A stretch of 63,962 nt of DNA, the filler included, from Basidiobolus ranarum (lineage: Eukaryota): the NCBI GenBank assembly GCA_040143965.1. It is 3 parts of 3 records of this genome, joined end to end, with 100 filler letters (N's around TTAATTAATTAA, not from the genome) between each part and the next. Parts side by side here need not be neighbours in the genome. Positions count along the whole stretch, not along the records: positions 43,108 to 63,962 come from JASJQH010007095.1; 2 more parts are not named here. One strand, 5' to 3'. Both the position numbers and the translations under genes were made by a program. Each line of letters begins with the position of its first letter. Position 1 is the first letter of the stretch. The notes beneath the pieces are model-generated. The model ran no database searches, had not been told where the DNA came from, and saw only the letters and a list, made by a program, of their open reading frames with translations. Below are positions 52,221 to 63,962 of the stretch, piece by piece.

Positions 52221-55200
52221 ATTTTGAAAGGAATTAGAACATCTTTGGGATCAGATGGTCCATACAATCCAGTCCATTCTGACAAAAACGTAATTAAAGT
52301 TCAGTATTCTTTGGATATCAGGAACTGCATCCCCCAAATTCCTGGCTACCTTAGAACTTTAAACCAGTTTACACTGTCACTAAGGCGTTTCTGTGGTGGT
52401 TACTTTGTGATTAAAGTATGTAACCCTTGGAGGCTTATAATCATAGTCTCTTTGTAGTAATGATAGTCCTATTGGTGTGTACGTACAGTTGAGCCAAGAA
52501 CGATGCCCAAAGATATTACAGTGGTTTCAAAATTCATGTATTCCCCTGATATGGCTTAATTGTAAGAGTCGCTTGCAAAGTTCTCTTTTGTTGTAGCCAT
52601 TTGAGAACCATTGGAAGTGCTTCATCGTTCTCGTTGGATATTTGGTTGCGGTGAAGTTGTACCTTCACATCAGTATGAAATGTTGAAATGAATCGACTCT
52701 TCTGAATCTTCATCTACGAATCAGAGGATTGAGATGGTCGCGTGCTTCCTATTGCTATCATCTGAATCATTAAAAGTAATAATATATGATGTAAGAACTA
52801 TGATAGGCTTGTTGCAGCCAAAATATCTATAATTCGAATATGTATTCCCGGGAATAGCGCAAAATGGAATGACCATTAAAAAATGTTATTTTACCTGAAA
52901 TTACATTGAATCTTGCGGCATTAATAGTTGGTTAAAAATGAAGATTTGCCGACATAAAACAGGTGGTAAATCAACATTTAACTCAATGTAAAAAGTGTAG
53001 TGCTGCTTAGAACAATCCACCATTGTATTATGAAGGAATAAGATTTAGATGTTTGCTCTCTTGCGGAGTAATGCTAATTGTATGTCGTTAATTTAGTATG
53101 AGTTGAAAAATAGTTAAAGCAAAAATTTAGCGTCCGTATCATGCTTGATATCTCCATAGTTATACAAGCTCATATATCGAGTAGATGTTAGTCGATATTA
53201 TTTAGTCATAGATGCTATAATCCCGTGTGTAATATTAATGTGTATATTAATGAACAGTCAAGGAATTAGCAAAATCGAACCTGATATGCCTTGGAAATTT
53301 GCCAAAGACAACTCATACTACTCTGATATATATTCTGAGCAGCATCATGTGGTTGTTTTTTTGAAACTCATTGTATCTATGGTGTCTATTAATTCTACCT
53401 TTACACACCTAACTCTTTCGTAGCCAACATCCCAGCGAGCAATTTTGGTTTAGTTCAAAGGCAGAATATGTAATTCGGAATCTTTAGCTTGAGGTCTCAA
53501 AGATGTTCAATTTCACCTGAAGAGTCTTCAATTTTCTTTCACTCATTTTCTTAACACTAGATCTTTTCTTTCATTACTATATGCCAGAGTGCAAATATTG
53601 ATTCTCTGCCTGAAAACACTTTCAGCACTGCATGTCCTTGAATACCTTTGCATAAACTCAACTAGTGTATATTGCCCTAACAAAACTATATATCATTAAA
53701 TGCATTTCACCAGCAACTAGTTATCGAAATATGTGCAAAATTCTGGCCTTAATTCGCCAATAAAAATTTGGGTTGGCAAGTATTCTTGAGACTGAAAGAA
53801 AATGATAAAAAACTGTAGTTCAACATGACTGGAATTTTACAGCAAAAATTAAGCCCAATAGGAATCTTTTAATCACATAACTGACAGGTAGTCAATAAAG
53901 CATATGATGCAAGATTCTTTTCAGACCAAAATGGCTCACTCTGTGAAGCCTTAATGTCAACCTGAAAAAGCTTTTTAAGCCCTAGTCTTTGGCATAGGAG
54001 TGGATACTAGTATTTTTATGGGGGATGAAGAAAAACCAACTCAGTGTATTGCCAAGAATGCCAAGCCCTACTACTAGTTACGTTGCTTACTTATTTTAGA
54101 ATGCCTTTATAAGCAAGCTTTATACATAGTTTCATAAGATGTTTCCTACCCTGATCCCATTATTAGTTTGAGAAGTTTAAGACAAAATTGTAAATACCCA
54201 GGTTTCAACTAATAAACCAAAAAGCAAAAAACAGACTTTCTTCTCATAGTCCATGTCACTTCAAATATCCCTGAGAATTCTCAACAATCTTAATATGTTG
54301 AAGAACACTCCTATAAGTCCTTCATCAAATAAAAAAAATGTTCAACAATAACTATATACTACTCCTGTGTAACAGAAGAAAGTATTGCAGGGTAAATTTC
54401 TTATATCTACAATGGTTCCATCAGTAGGCTGCTTAAGGTTAAGTGAAAGGAATCTGATATATTATATATTAAGCTTCCCCATTACAAATTTTCTTTGATA
54501 TTGCTATTCTTGTGCCCTAAGACTTTAAATAAACCAGAAGCAAGTAATGCCACTTATTGAAATACTTGTATACCAGTATTAGTTTACTGTACCTCACACT
54601 CAGTCCCAGAACATGATCTGATCACAGAATATTCTGGTTTTGGTGGTGGTCTTTATCAGTAATCAGCTCCCCCAGTTAGAACTCATACTATTGCTGAATA
54701 TTTTACACCAAATATCTTATATTAAGTGCGTCAAATGCTTTTTACAATGCAATTAGCTTCATATGAGATCAATGGATGGTGGGAATCAGTCTTGTAAGCT
54801 CATTGAAGTATGTCTCAACCAAAATATAATTAGATATTAGACCTCACCAAATGATTGCATCATGAATATCAAGGTTTCCTATTTTGTAATGCTGGAAATT
54901 TCTGGGATATTGAAAGTAAAATAGATTGTTGTATAATAGTTTGGTTTTTGCTTGATGATTTATTAGTTCAAGCTTTTGTATTTATACTTCTGGCCAAAAT
55001 ATCAGAAATTAATGCTGGGAACCTGGTGGAAAAGATGTCACAACAATGCACTAGAGTCAAGGCTTAATCATTAACCAGCTATAATCTCATTCAAGAGTCT
55101 TAGCTGGGCTAGCAGTTATCCATTAGAGACCATATCCAGATGCACCATATTTCAACCATCCCCTACCAACATTGACACCAGTCTAAGGTTATAAATGTAA

Positions 55201-55515
55201 GTGCAAGGCCCAGATGTATTGTATATACCACTATTTCAGTGATAAACTTAAGATATACTTGCCTAATATATGATGGAAACATTGAGAACTTTTTGCCATG
55301 ATTCTGATCTTGGCATACTCATTCACTGCAAATGGAACTCTTCTATTATTAGATTATGATATCATATCTGCTGTGCCATCCTTTCTTGGCAATCTTGGGA
55401 TAGTTCATCCAGGTTACCTTGAATGGAAGTCATGTTCTTTGGAACATTCCATCAAACCTGACTAATCGTGTCATCCCACATATAGTATATTTCCACCAAG
55501 TCCTTCTATGGAAGG

Positions 55516-55832
55516 TGTTGGAGGATCTTGATATAATGGGGGTAGACTTTGGGTATTAGAAGCAACTTATGATAGTGTGTTTTAGTTACTTTATTCTTAA
55601 GAGTATATGGTGACTTATATAGTAGAAAAGTAAATTAATTGTGTGAGATATTCAGTAGTTTGTGTAATAAGATATAATAGATAAGTGAGGGTAATAAGAC
55701 ATACTTGTTATATAGATATAGAGATGTTTCTATTTAGAGTATAGGGGCTATAGATACATTACTTTCAGTTTCTGATATATGTATCATAACTAAAGTTAAC
55801 TAAGATGTTGAATAAGGATTAATTATCCAACA
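55516..55832 (-). mobile_element. Solo LTR of the same copia family (~317 bp)
   Basis: tgttggaggatcttgatataatgggggtagac...aattatccaaca is highly similar to 41702-42019 and to the reverse complement of 42463-42780. Confidence 0.88.
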
Positions 55833-58800
55833 ATTATATTTGTGCATTTGTTGAAGTTAGGAATGGGAATATTATTTAATAGTTTGGCTTGCATTAGAGC
55901 TGGTATAAATGTGTTGATAATAACATTCATTATAAATGCTGAATAAAGTATACTATAAATATACATGCTGAAGGCCAAATTGATTTTGCCTGACAGAGGT
56001 GAAATCCTAAATAAGAATTATGTAAATGGGATTGAATCATGGTTAAAAGGTTTCTTACAAACAATGCTAAAGGAATCCAGTTGGAAAACCATATGGTAAT
56101 CTGTGTAAAAGCAGTTAAAAACCAAGTTATTTGTATTATGAGGGATTTCTGATGATACTCAGACAATTTGATGAGGATCTAATCTAGTTCATCCAAAATT
56201 GATTTTCATGTGGAACTTTTGCATCAGAGATTGATAAGACTCAAACAGAAAGGTCCAGGTTGCAGAGGAATATGAATAATATCCTTGATTAAGTGGACAT
56301 ATGATCAGTAAATAGTATCTTGAATTGTATATTCAGTGGTATTAGTGGCATTGAAGTTATTTGGGAGTTGTTGCAAGTAAGTTACCATATATACTTTTGT
56401 CAAGAGGTAGGCAGACCAATGTTTGGAATATATTCAGGAAGGCATCAGGAACATGTTTACAAAGTCTAGGGCCTGTTTGGCAAGCTTGAGAAAATTATAT
56501 GATTTGAGAGTTTCATATTATATTATAGGTAACTTATGAATATAAAATCACAATGCTATCAGATTAGAACTTATAATCCAGGATGTTTGGATATATAGTC
56601 AATAACTTGAAATTTCAGTGCAGAAAATATGTTGAGAGAAAAACTGATCCACAAACTGTAAGCAACGTAAACGTACATACTATCACCAAGAGTAGTGGAA
56701 TCACCCTAATATCAAAGAAGGCCATTTAGGCTCTACTTTGGCTATGTGGAAAATATAGAGTTAATGCATGGATTGAACGTCGAGATAGTGTCGTTTAAAA
56801 GATGCAAGCAACAAAGGTAAATCAAGGGCGCTAGCGTACATTTCAGATTATGAGCAACACTTATCTAATCAATACTAGCTAGCCGAGATAGGATATATGG
56901 AATAGGAGAATGAGACTAAGATAATACATCCAAATAATATAGGTGTTTGTTAAGTGTAACGGATATAGAGTAGTAATGGATCTAGATGCATTGGTTCCAT
57001 CATCGATGATATCGTAATTGGAATTTTAAAGATGATGGAAGAGATTCGATGTTGCCTAGTGTTTAAGTAGCAACTACCTATCCAATATCAAAGCTTGTAT
57101 ACTTGGCAGTCTTTGGATTTGAATCAACCTAAACCTGAATTGTATCATGATAAGAGCGAGCTAGACTTTCGTGCAGTCAGACTACACTGTATTTGCTTAC
57201 TGTAACAATTAGCTAACTTAATAAATAGGCTTTAAAAGAAGTGTTTGAGAGTCTGGTAAATACCTAAGCCTGGCATTTTCTGACATCAAAGAGAATTTGA
57301 ATATTGCTGCCCATTCCAAGCGAATATTCGACATCATTGAAAACCTAGACGGCATCAAAACTAGTCAAGACAACAATCCTAGCCTTTCCTTCATTGGTAA
57401 TGATGCAATAACTAGGTTCAATACCTTTGAATCAGAGTGAAAATGGTTGGTGGTACATTAGATGAGACTAATAAACTTGCCAGTAAAACACCAGACTTTC
57501 CTGAATTTTGCTATCAAATCGATGAGTCAGTACGTTGTCTTAAATTCCAAGTGAAATGAACTCACTTAGAACTCACCGCAATGGAAGAATAAAAAACCAT
57601 GCCGATATATAACACAGCCTTTTGGGCTGATCCTTCTTCTAGAACTATAGATTTATCTTACCGACTTCACTTATCTGTAGCATTATTGTATCAACTAGAG
57701 CCTATTCCCCTTAGAGACCTGCTGAGATCACGAGTACGGCCAGGCACGAAACTAGCTTTCCCCTCGGACTTGCAAGAGTCTTCAAATATCCACTGGATGC
57801 TACAGAGGTGTAGTGCTCTATCCACTACTGAACCCGTCAATATAGCAACTTTTTAACAACAAGTCAATAGAATTGAAACGTATCCCTGCTTTTTGATGGA
57901 TTTTTATACGGGTTAATGACCAGGAATCAGGTGATTATGGGGGCCTCGTCAAGCCTTGAGTTAGATACAGTGACAGGCATCAGATGAAACGTTGAGGCAC
58001 TACAGCTTAATCAATAGATTCCCCACAGTTCTTCCAGTAACAGCATTACGTAGGAAATATCTTAGTTGCTGCACCACATACGGTGTATCTGCAGTTGGCC
58101 AAGACGCTGCTGTTTATTCAGAATTGCAACGCAGAGAAGGTAGAAATACGAGCAGCATGTTACTCTTTCGTAGGCGACTAAAGAATTCGCGAGGATAATA
58201 AACGGCTTTATGAGTAGAAAATGGGTAGGGATTATTTCCCCCAGGAGTTAAGTGTACCATGCAATGTAACATTGGGTGATTTGAATTTGTGTAGATCCCT
58301 TCCATATAGAAGAACCCTCAATAGAAGCTGGTTGATTTGCAAGCGTGGTATGCCACAAATAACTGTATTACGATTGACAGGACTCAAGTGGGTTCATACC
58401 AGTTTAGTTAATATCCAAAACGAGTATACCGAAAGAACTCGATGCAAACGAGTTTCGAGTGCTCAGGACATATCGACATTGTGAGTCAAGATCCCACGGC
58501 ATACCCTGTATCGTATACAATGTAGCAACTTATTAACCTTTCATACTCACTATAGGTTACTAACATAATGCACAGTTGCGTAAATATTTAGGACTTTCTT
58601 CATTCCACTACTAACTGTGTTATGATGTGCACCATGCTGGCTCAATAAGCCTTGAAAATTATGCGGGAATCCCTTTACGGCATAGATAAATTCAGGATAT
58701 ACTATCCCGGAATATTAACTCACAGATGCTTTATTTAGTATTCAATAATAGATTACTTTATTTACCGACTGCATATTTGGAAATGCTGCGGAATTTTACC

Positions 58801-61800
58801 CACAGGAAAAACCATGCAGAATTTTGGAGCAATTTTTGCATATCATAAGATAATATCTCACATCTGATATCACACGTTATTGCCCAAAGAAGAGAGTTCA
58901 TCCGGAGGTGTCGTAAATCTCCAAGTAAGTTTAGGGTTCGTGACGTTTCTTTACATACCGATGGTCGTGGGATAATTTCAATATTGATTGGCGCATACGC
59001 ACTCACTATTCCTCGATGATTTATTGCGGATGTGTTTGTTGGCGTTTACCAACGTGATATTAGTGCAGAAAATGTGTGACTACTAATATGCACCTCTACT
59101 GGTTTCTCGATACGCATGCATATCGAAAAGTCTATTTATAAATTTGTTGATCTGACTATGTACTGTCACAAATTTCTTGGCAAGTGTGTCTGAACAGACA
59201 AAAGGTACAGCGTTATTACAAAGATCCTGACTACAACTGACTCAATATGTATGAGTATACCTGATTTGAATGCATGATTCTTTCAGAGGCGACCAAGGCC
59301 AAAGGAGTGACCATACCCAACCCACTGCCAAGGACGGAAATCCGGCTATCAAATGGCAAGTGAAGTATTTACCAACAGATTTGTACTGATACTATGGAAA
59401 CCATGTAACCCGTCAGTGCTACCAGTACGGTATTCGTTACAATGCACAGAGCGTACTGTTAAAACACCTGGGGGATTGATGCAGTATTACAGCCAAGAAA
59501 GGACTAATTTCAGTCATGGCTTCGTGAGAATGCTAGTATTATCTACGCCAAACTGTACTTAAAGTTAGTCGTTGCCTTAAATTCTAGCCTAAGGAATTCT
59601 TTCCTCACACTGGTATCACAGGATATGACAGAATCTCAGATTCTAAATAGTAACAATTATCCGAATCATTCTAGGCTTCAGGTGTTTCCTGTGTCAGTGT
59701 TCTTTTGTATAGAACACTTATGAGGATTCTGGAGTCAAGTAAGGATCAGTGACTTTTGAATTCGGTTAATTTAGAAACAAATAACGAAAACAATTATGTA
59801 TTTGCGTATGCTACTACGGTGAGAGATTGTCATATTTGGATGTGCTTCATTCGGGATACACATATTTGTTCATCAATATTGATAATTACAGGAATCGCAT
59901 GAATGCCATTATATGGTGGAATGCTTTTGGTTGATTCAAGTAAGGTGAACTTACTTTTCTGGTGCTGCAAGAGGCTGAAGATGAAAGTAGAGATCAAACT
60001 GTGCATCAAGTAGCGGTATGTCAGAGTGAACAAGGTGAATTATGCGGTGACTACAGATCTTGTAATCAAGATCAATTGTCTGGTTAATAAGTCTTCAATT
60101 CAGAGATATAAGTATTTTAGATCTCGGCTGGTAAGATCATAGTGTTACAATAACTAGCAGATATAATGGGCTTCACTCCGGAACTTAAAATTCCCATCAT
60201 AAACATCTACCTTTACTATGGCCATTGTTTTGGGATATTTATTCTATGTAACCCAATAGCGGGTTAGTTAGATATATGGTTCTGTCGCTCACTGCACTAT
60301 TCACAAATAGAATTACTAGTGTCACTTACCCTTGTGGACCCCTCACCTTTAGAAACCTGTAAGAGGTAGAGGCGCTAGACCTTGGATTCAGCAACTATTA
60401 ATGCACAGTAGATGCAACTTAATCTTGGCCGGGTTGAGTTTTGTCATGTGTGTTTGGACTAAATATTTTTCCTCCAAGATTATAGCTTTGAGAAGATCTT
60501 TCAGCTTGAACTGATAGTTTAATACATTAGATCTTGTCGGGTCAGGTTTCTACCAGATTCTAATGGCCTTAGTACTTCAATTCATCTAAATTACTCTTCT
60601 AAACTTGAGTAACTATCTGTTTTGGATATAAATCCAGTCTATTGGAGATTTAACATGTAGAGCACTTGCTGATTTTCCGACCCCCCTTTTGTCTGGGTAC
60701 TAATTAGATACCGATCCAACACCAAAATATTCGTCAGTGCATACAACTATTACCTAGTTTTTAGGACACATTGGGCCGAGCTGGTCAAGGACTGGTTAGA
60801 GTGTTATGTTCGTAACCACTGATGGTTAAATCCAGGTAACTTCTTCCTTGGGTGAGCAATTCATTTTTTTATTTCGCCGGTCGAATAAGTGAAGGTATTC
60901 TGGCGAGGTTGCGGTCAGTAGATATCCAGTAGACGATTCATTAATGTCTTTTTACCGGTTCAGAATACTTTACAAAAACCCCTGTTTAACTAAGCCTCGA
61001 TTCATCTATGCAGCAACACATAACAGCACTGCCAAACTCTAGCTGAAAATAAAGTAATACTGGAAAGATGTGACATCTTTCGCTTTATTGAACCTAGATT
61101 CTACGTAAAAGTACATTATCAATCAATCATGAAGTTACAATAAAACTTGTTTCTAATTTCAAATATTTAACAGAGTTTGGTGTAATAGTATTTCTGCGGT
61201 AACTAGGTACATACACGAACTAATACAAGTAAGAATGGAGCTATGAATGAATCACCTAATAAAATCATTATTCTTGGCGTTGCTTGTTGCTAGGAAATTC
61301 TACTAACAAAGCTATGTGATTTGGTAGCCAAATGCTATATGTTCGTTTTTCTGAAGCATCATAATTTCACATTTCTTGTTCAGGATCTTTGGAGCAACAG
61401 AGGTGACATAGGCTAACATAGTTGCTTCTAACCAACTAATTATATGTTGACAAGAAACGCTGTATCTTATGAAATACCTGGTGAATGCACTTAAATAAAG
61501 ATGGAAATAGCTCATCCATATTCTTATTGACGGAACACTAGAAGTGTATACACGTGGTACTGCTATTAGTTGAACGCCTATGACTTGTTGCTACTGAAAC
61601 ATGCAAGTCAGCAATCAACTTCTGACTCACAATTGTTGCTTCATATTCCATCAAGACCAAGTTAAGGTGCATCAATACAACAACGATTGTATCATCTAGG
61701 AAGTAAATTGGCTGAGACTAGATTTGTTTAACGTTCCAAATATCCTACTCAAACAACTAGTGTTCCCTCCGTGTCTGCTTTCCATACTGATAGTAAGGCT

Positions 61801-62349
61801 TACAGCGTTCCAAACGATGGGCGTACGACTGATTTACTGCTGTATTTACTTCTCTTTCTGCAGTTTCTTCTGGTTGCTTACCGATCTCATCATCAACTGT
61901 ACATTTTGATCATCTTTTGAGTCAACACTGACATCATACATAGCAAGGCTACTATGAAGTAGCACTTGTTATTCTGGAATAGAATGGTTCGAAATGATTG
62001 AGTTGTACTAAACTAAAGAATCTACACATATATGTAAACAGGTATTTTCAGGAATATTTAAGCCGAAATTGCTCAGTTTAGAAATGAACATCCCGCAATG
62101 CGGATGAAGTCACAACAAGTAGTGAACTAGTTACAATACCTCCGCGGCATAATCCCCCTCCACGTCGCAACACAACCATTTACAAGGACCATGGTATACA
62201 CTCATTCCAAAACATTACACTTGATTGAACAGAGATAGTTCGAAGGGATAAACAGGAGATCTTGTGGTCACCAAAAGAGTTCTTTAATAGAATCAGTCTG
62301 TGTTAATTCATTCGATCTGGAAGATTTTCTCATAAAATCTAACACTGTA

Positions 62350-63962
62350 CCTATACCACGTAGTTCAGCTATGCACCTTTACTCGCTCGAGATTCTGCCA
62401 AGAATTTAGGCATGGTAGGCACTTCATCGGATACTAACAAGGTTCGAATTCCAGTTCACCATACAAATGTGACCAAATGAAAAGTAACTAATTAGTAAAG
62501 ATCGACAGGCTCTTATGGCCAATTACATCAGGCTTTCCTATCAGAAGCAACCATAATGTTACCTCGGGTGCTGTACTAGTGTATTTATGATTGAGTTGAG
62601 ATTCATTCCATTCCAACCTTAACATACTAATCTAAGAGATCGGCTAAATAACAAATAGCTTTTGAACCTTAAAACCCTATGATTATCTCGAGGCACATAT
62701 TTAGGATTGATCGTCATGCACCAGATCGTATAATAATTTCTATTTGTCAGATAATAACAAAGTTAACCTAAATCATTGTAAACTCTAGAGATTCCATCAC
62801 AATCCCAAAGGCTAGCTGAGTTACATGGTCAACGAAGATGTAATGCGCCGGATCTGAACTTGTTTGAACAGAAGGTCTGGATCCCCTAACCGTTTGCCGA
62901 GGTCTTCGTGGCTTGAAGACCCGTCATACGCAGTAACTCTTGCCATAGCTATTTGCTATTGGGGTTTCACTTCAAGTCATCAATTCTAGGAGCTCATTAG
63001 ATACCCGGTATGTAGAAAGTTATCGAAGTCTGGTTCAGAATTGGTGGTTATTATTCTTGGGGGATGAGCAGTAAAAAATCCGGTTAAATACTATCCTGCA
63101 CATCCGAGATGTTCGTGTGAAAAAACTCACCTTGTGTTGCTCAGGATGATGAAAGTCAGTAATTGGCACCATAGGATATTTGATACTAGAAGATTTATAA
63201 TTAATTGGTGACGCTGTAATACCTAATATAAGAAGGATTTGCAAATGAAAAGCACAAACCTGCCGTAAAAGTCTGCCGATGAGAAATCATAGATGTTTAT
63301 TATTTAAGATACTGTATCTTCATGATCATGGAATTGTACAACATCTTTTGGTTGTAATCGACCTTTTAACATACATACAGCTTCTTTGGTAACACGTGGT
63401 GGGTTTTGGGGTTTGATACCGTGAATCCGTCAACCCTTTTGAAGGTAGTAGGATTTGTTTTCTTGTTTGTCACTAAATGACTAAACTATAATGTTTGGTT
63501 CAGTAAGAGATGGCTGGAGCACTTGCTTCCCGGCATATATTGACTAGAAAAATCTATATGCGGATGAAGTTACTGACAGATCTACAAGAGATAAGCGTCA
63601 GTAACTTTGTGATGTGGGAATCCTGGACATAGTCGTCAATGTGATACATCTACTTGTGCTGGCAATTACCAATATTGCTGTTGAATTTGCTTGTCAATCA
63701 CTACCTTTTTAGAACTGTGGTAACAAGCAAGTATCGTTCCATTGACGGGTACAATCTGAGGCTGTTGGTATGCTCTTGATACTTCATTCGATTGTATGAT
63801 ACTAACGAAAATTTCTATATATAGTGACACATTGCAAACTCATAATTCAAAAAACCATTCAAGAGAAAAGTACCATCTACAATGAACACATCGAAGATTA
63901 GCGTTTGCCAATTTCCGCAACTCAGCAGTAGTGAAGGTTCTAACTCTGGTAATGGTGGAGAT
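62350..63962 (+). repeat. Right arm of the inverted segmental duplication (promoter plus 5' end of a second NRPS)
   Basis: Colinear blocks match the reverse complement of 50696-52220. The final 108 nt are identical. Confidence 0.9.
63882..63962 (+). CDS. 5' end of a second NRPS paralog (MNTSKISVCQFPQLSSSEGSNSGNGGD...), running off the window
   Basis: 81/81 nt identical to the reverse complement of 50696-50776, the start of the minus-strand NRPS. Not in the ORF track. Confidence 0.85.
   Translation, partial: MNTSKISVCQFPQLSSSEGSNSGNGGD

Noticed and set aside
54500-55500. Possible LINE ORF1-like remnant on the minus strand
   Set aside because: Only a vague resemblance in heavily stop-interrupted frames, with no diagnostic motif.

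Overview
Eukaryotic DNA from an AT-rich fungus with short GT-AG introns. The gene content and the intron-containing NRPS suggest an early-diverging lineage, most plausibly Basidiobolus; this is inference. The window is three contigs (1-21471, 21572-43007, 43108-63962) joined by artificial 100-nt N/TTAATTAATTAA/N spacers, so neighbourhood across the spacers cannot be assumed. Contig 1 holds mostly housekeeping genes: a Zn2Cys6 transcription factor, a small membrane protein, a kinase-less PH-CRIB protein, an SLC35F transporter, ALDH3, mitochondrial bS6, Dsk2, a metaxin-like protein, Mdm35, dynamitin, and a Rib7/RibD reductase fused to a long GYPP-repeat tail. Contig 2 holds the 3' end of a nucleoside transporter, a hot-dog thioesterase, DUF2408, a Pcl cyclin, a Cys-rich unknown, a glutathionyl-hydroquinone reductase, a type I membrane protein, a repeat family and a degenerate copia element. 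Contig 3 holds a minus-strand NRPS (partial C-A-T-E-C-A-T-E, truncated at the contig end). The main finding is that the last 81 nt of the window are an identical copy of this NRPS's 5' end on the + strand, preceded by about 1.5 kb of diverged inverted promoter homology. This indicates two head-to-head NRPS paralogs around a gene-free 13-kb spacer, with a steep rise to 100% identity just before the ATG and a 28-nt micro-inversion distinguishing the two promoters.
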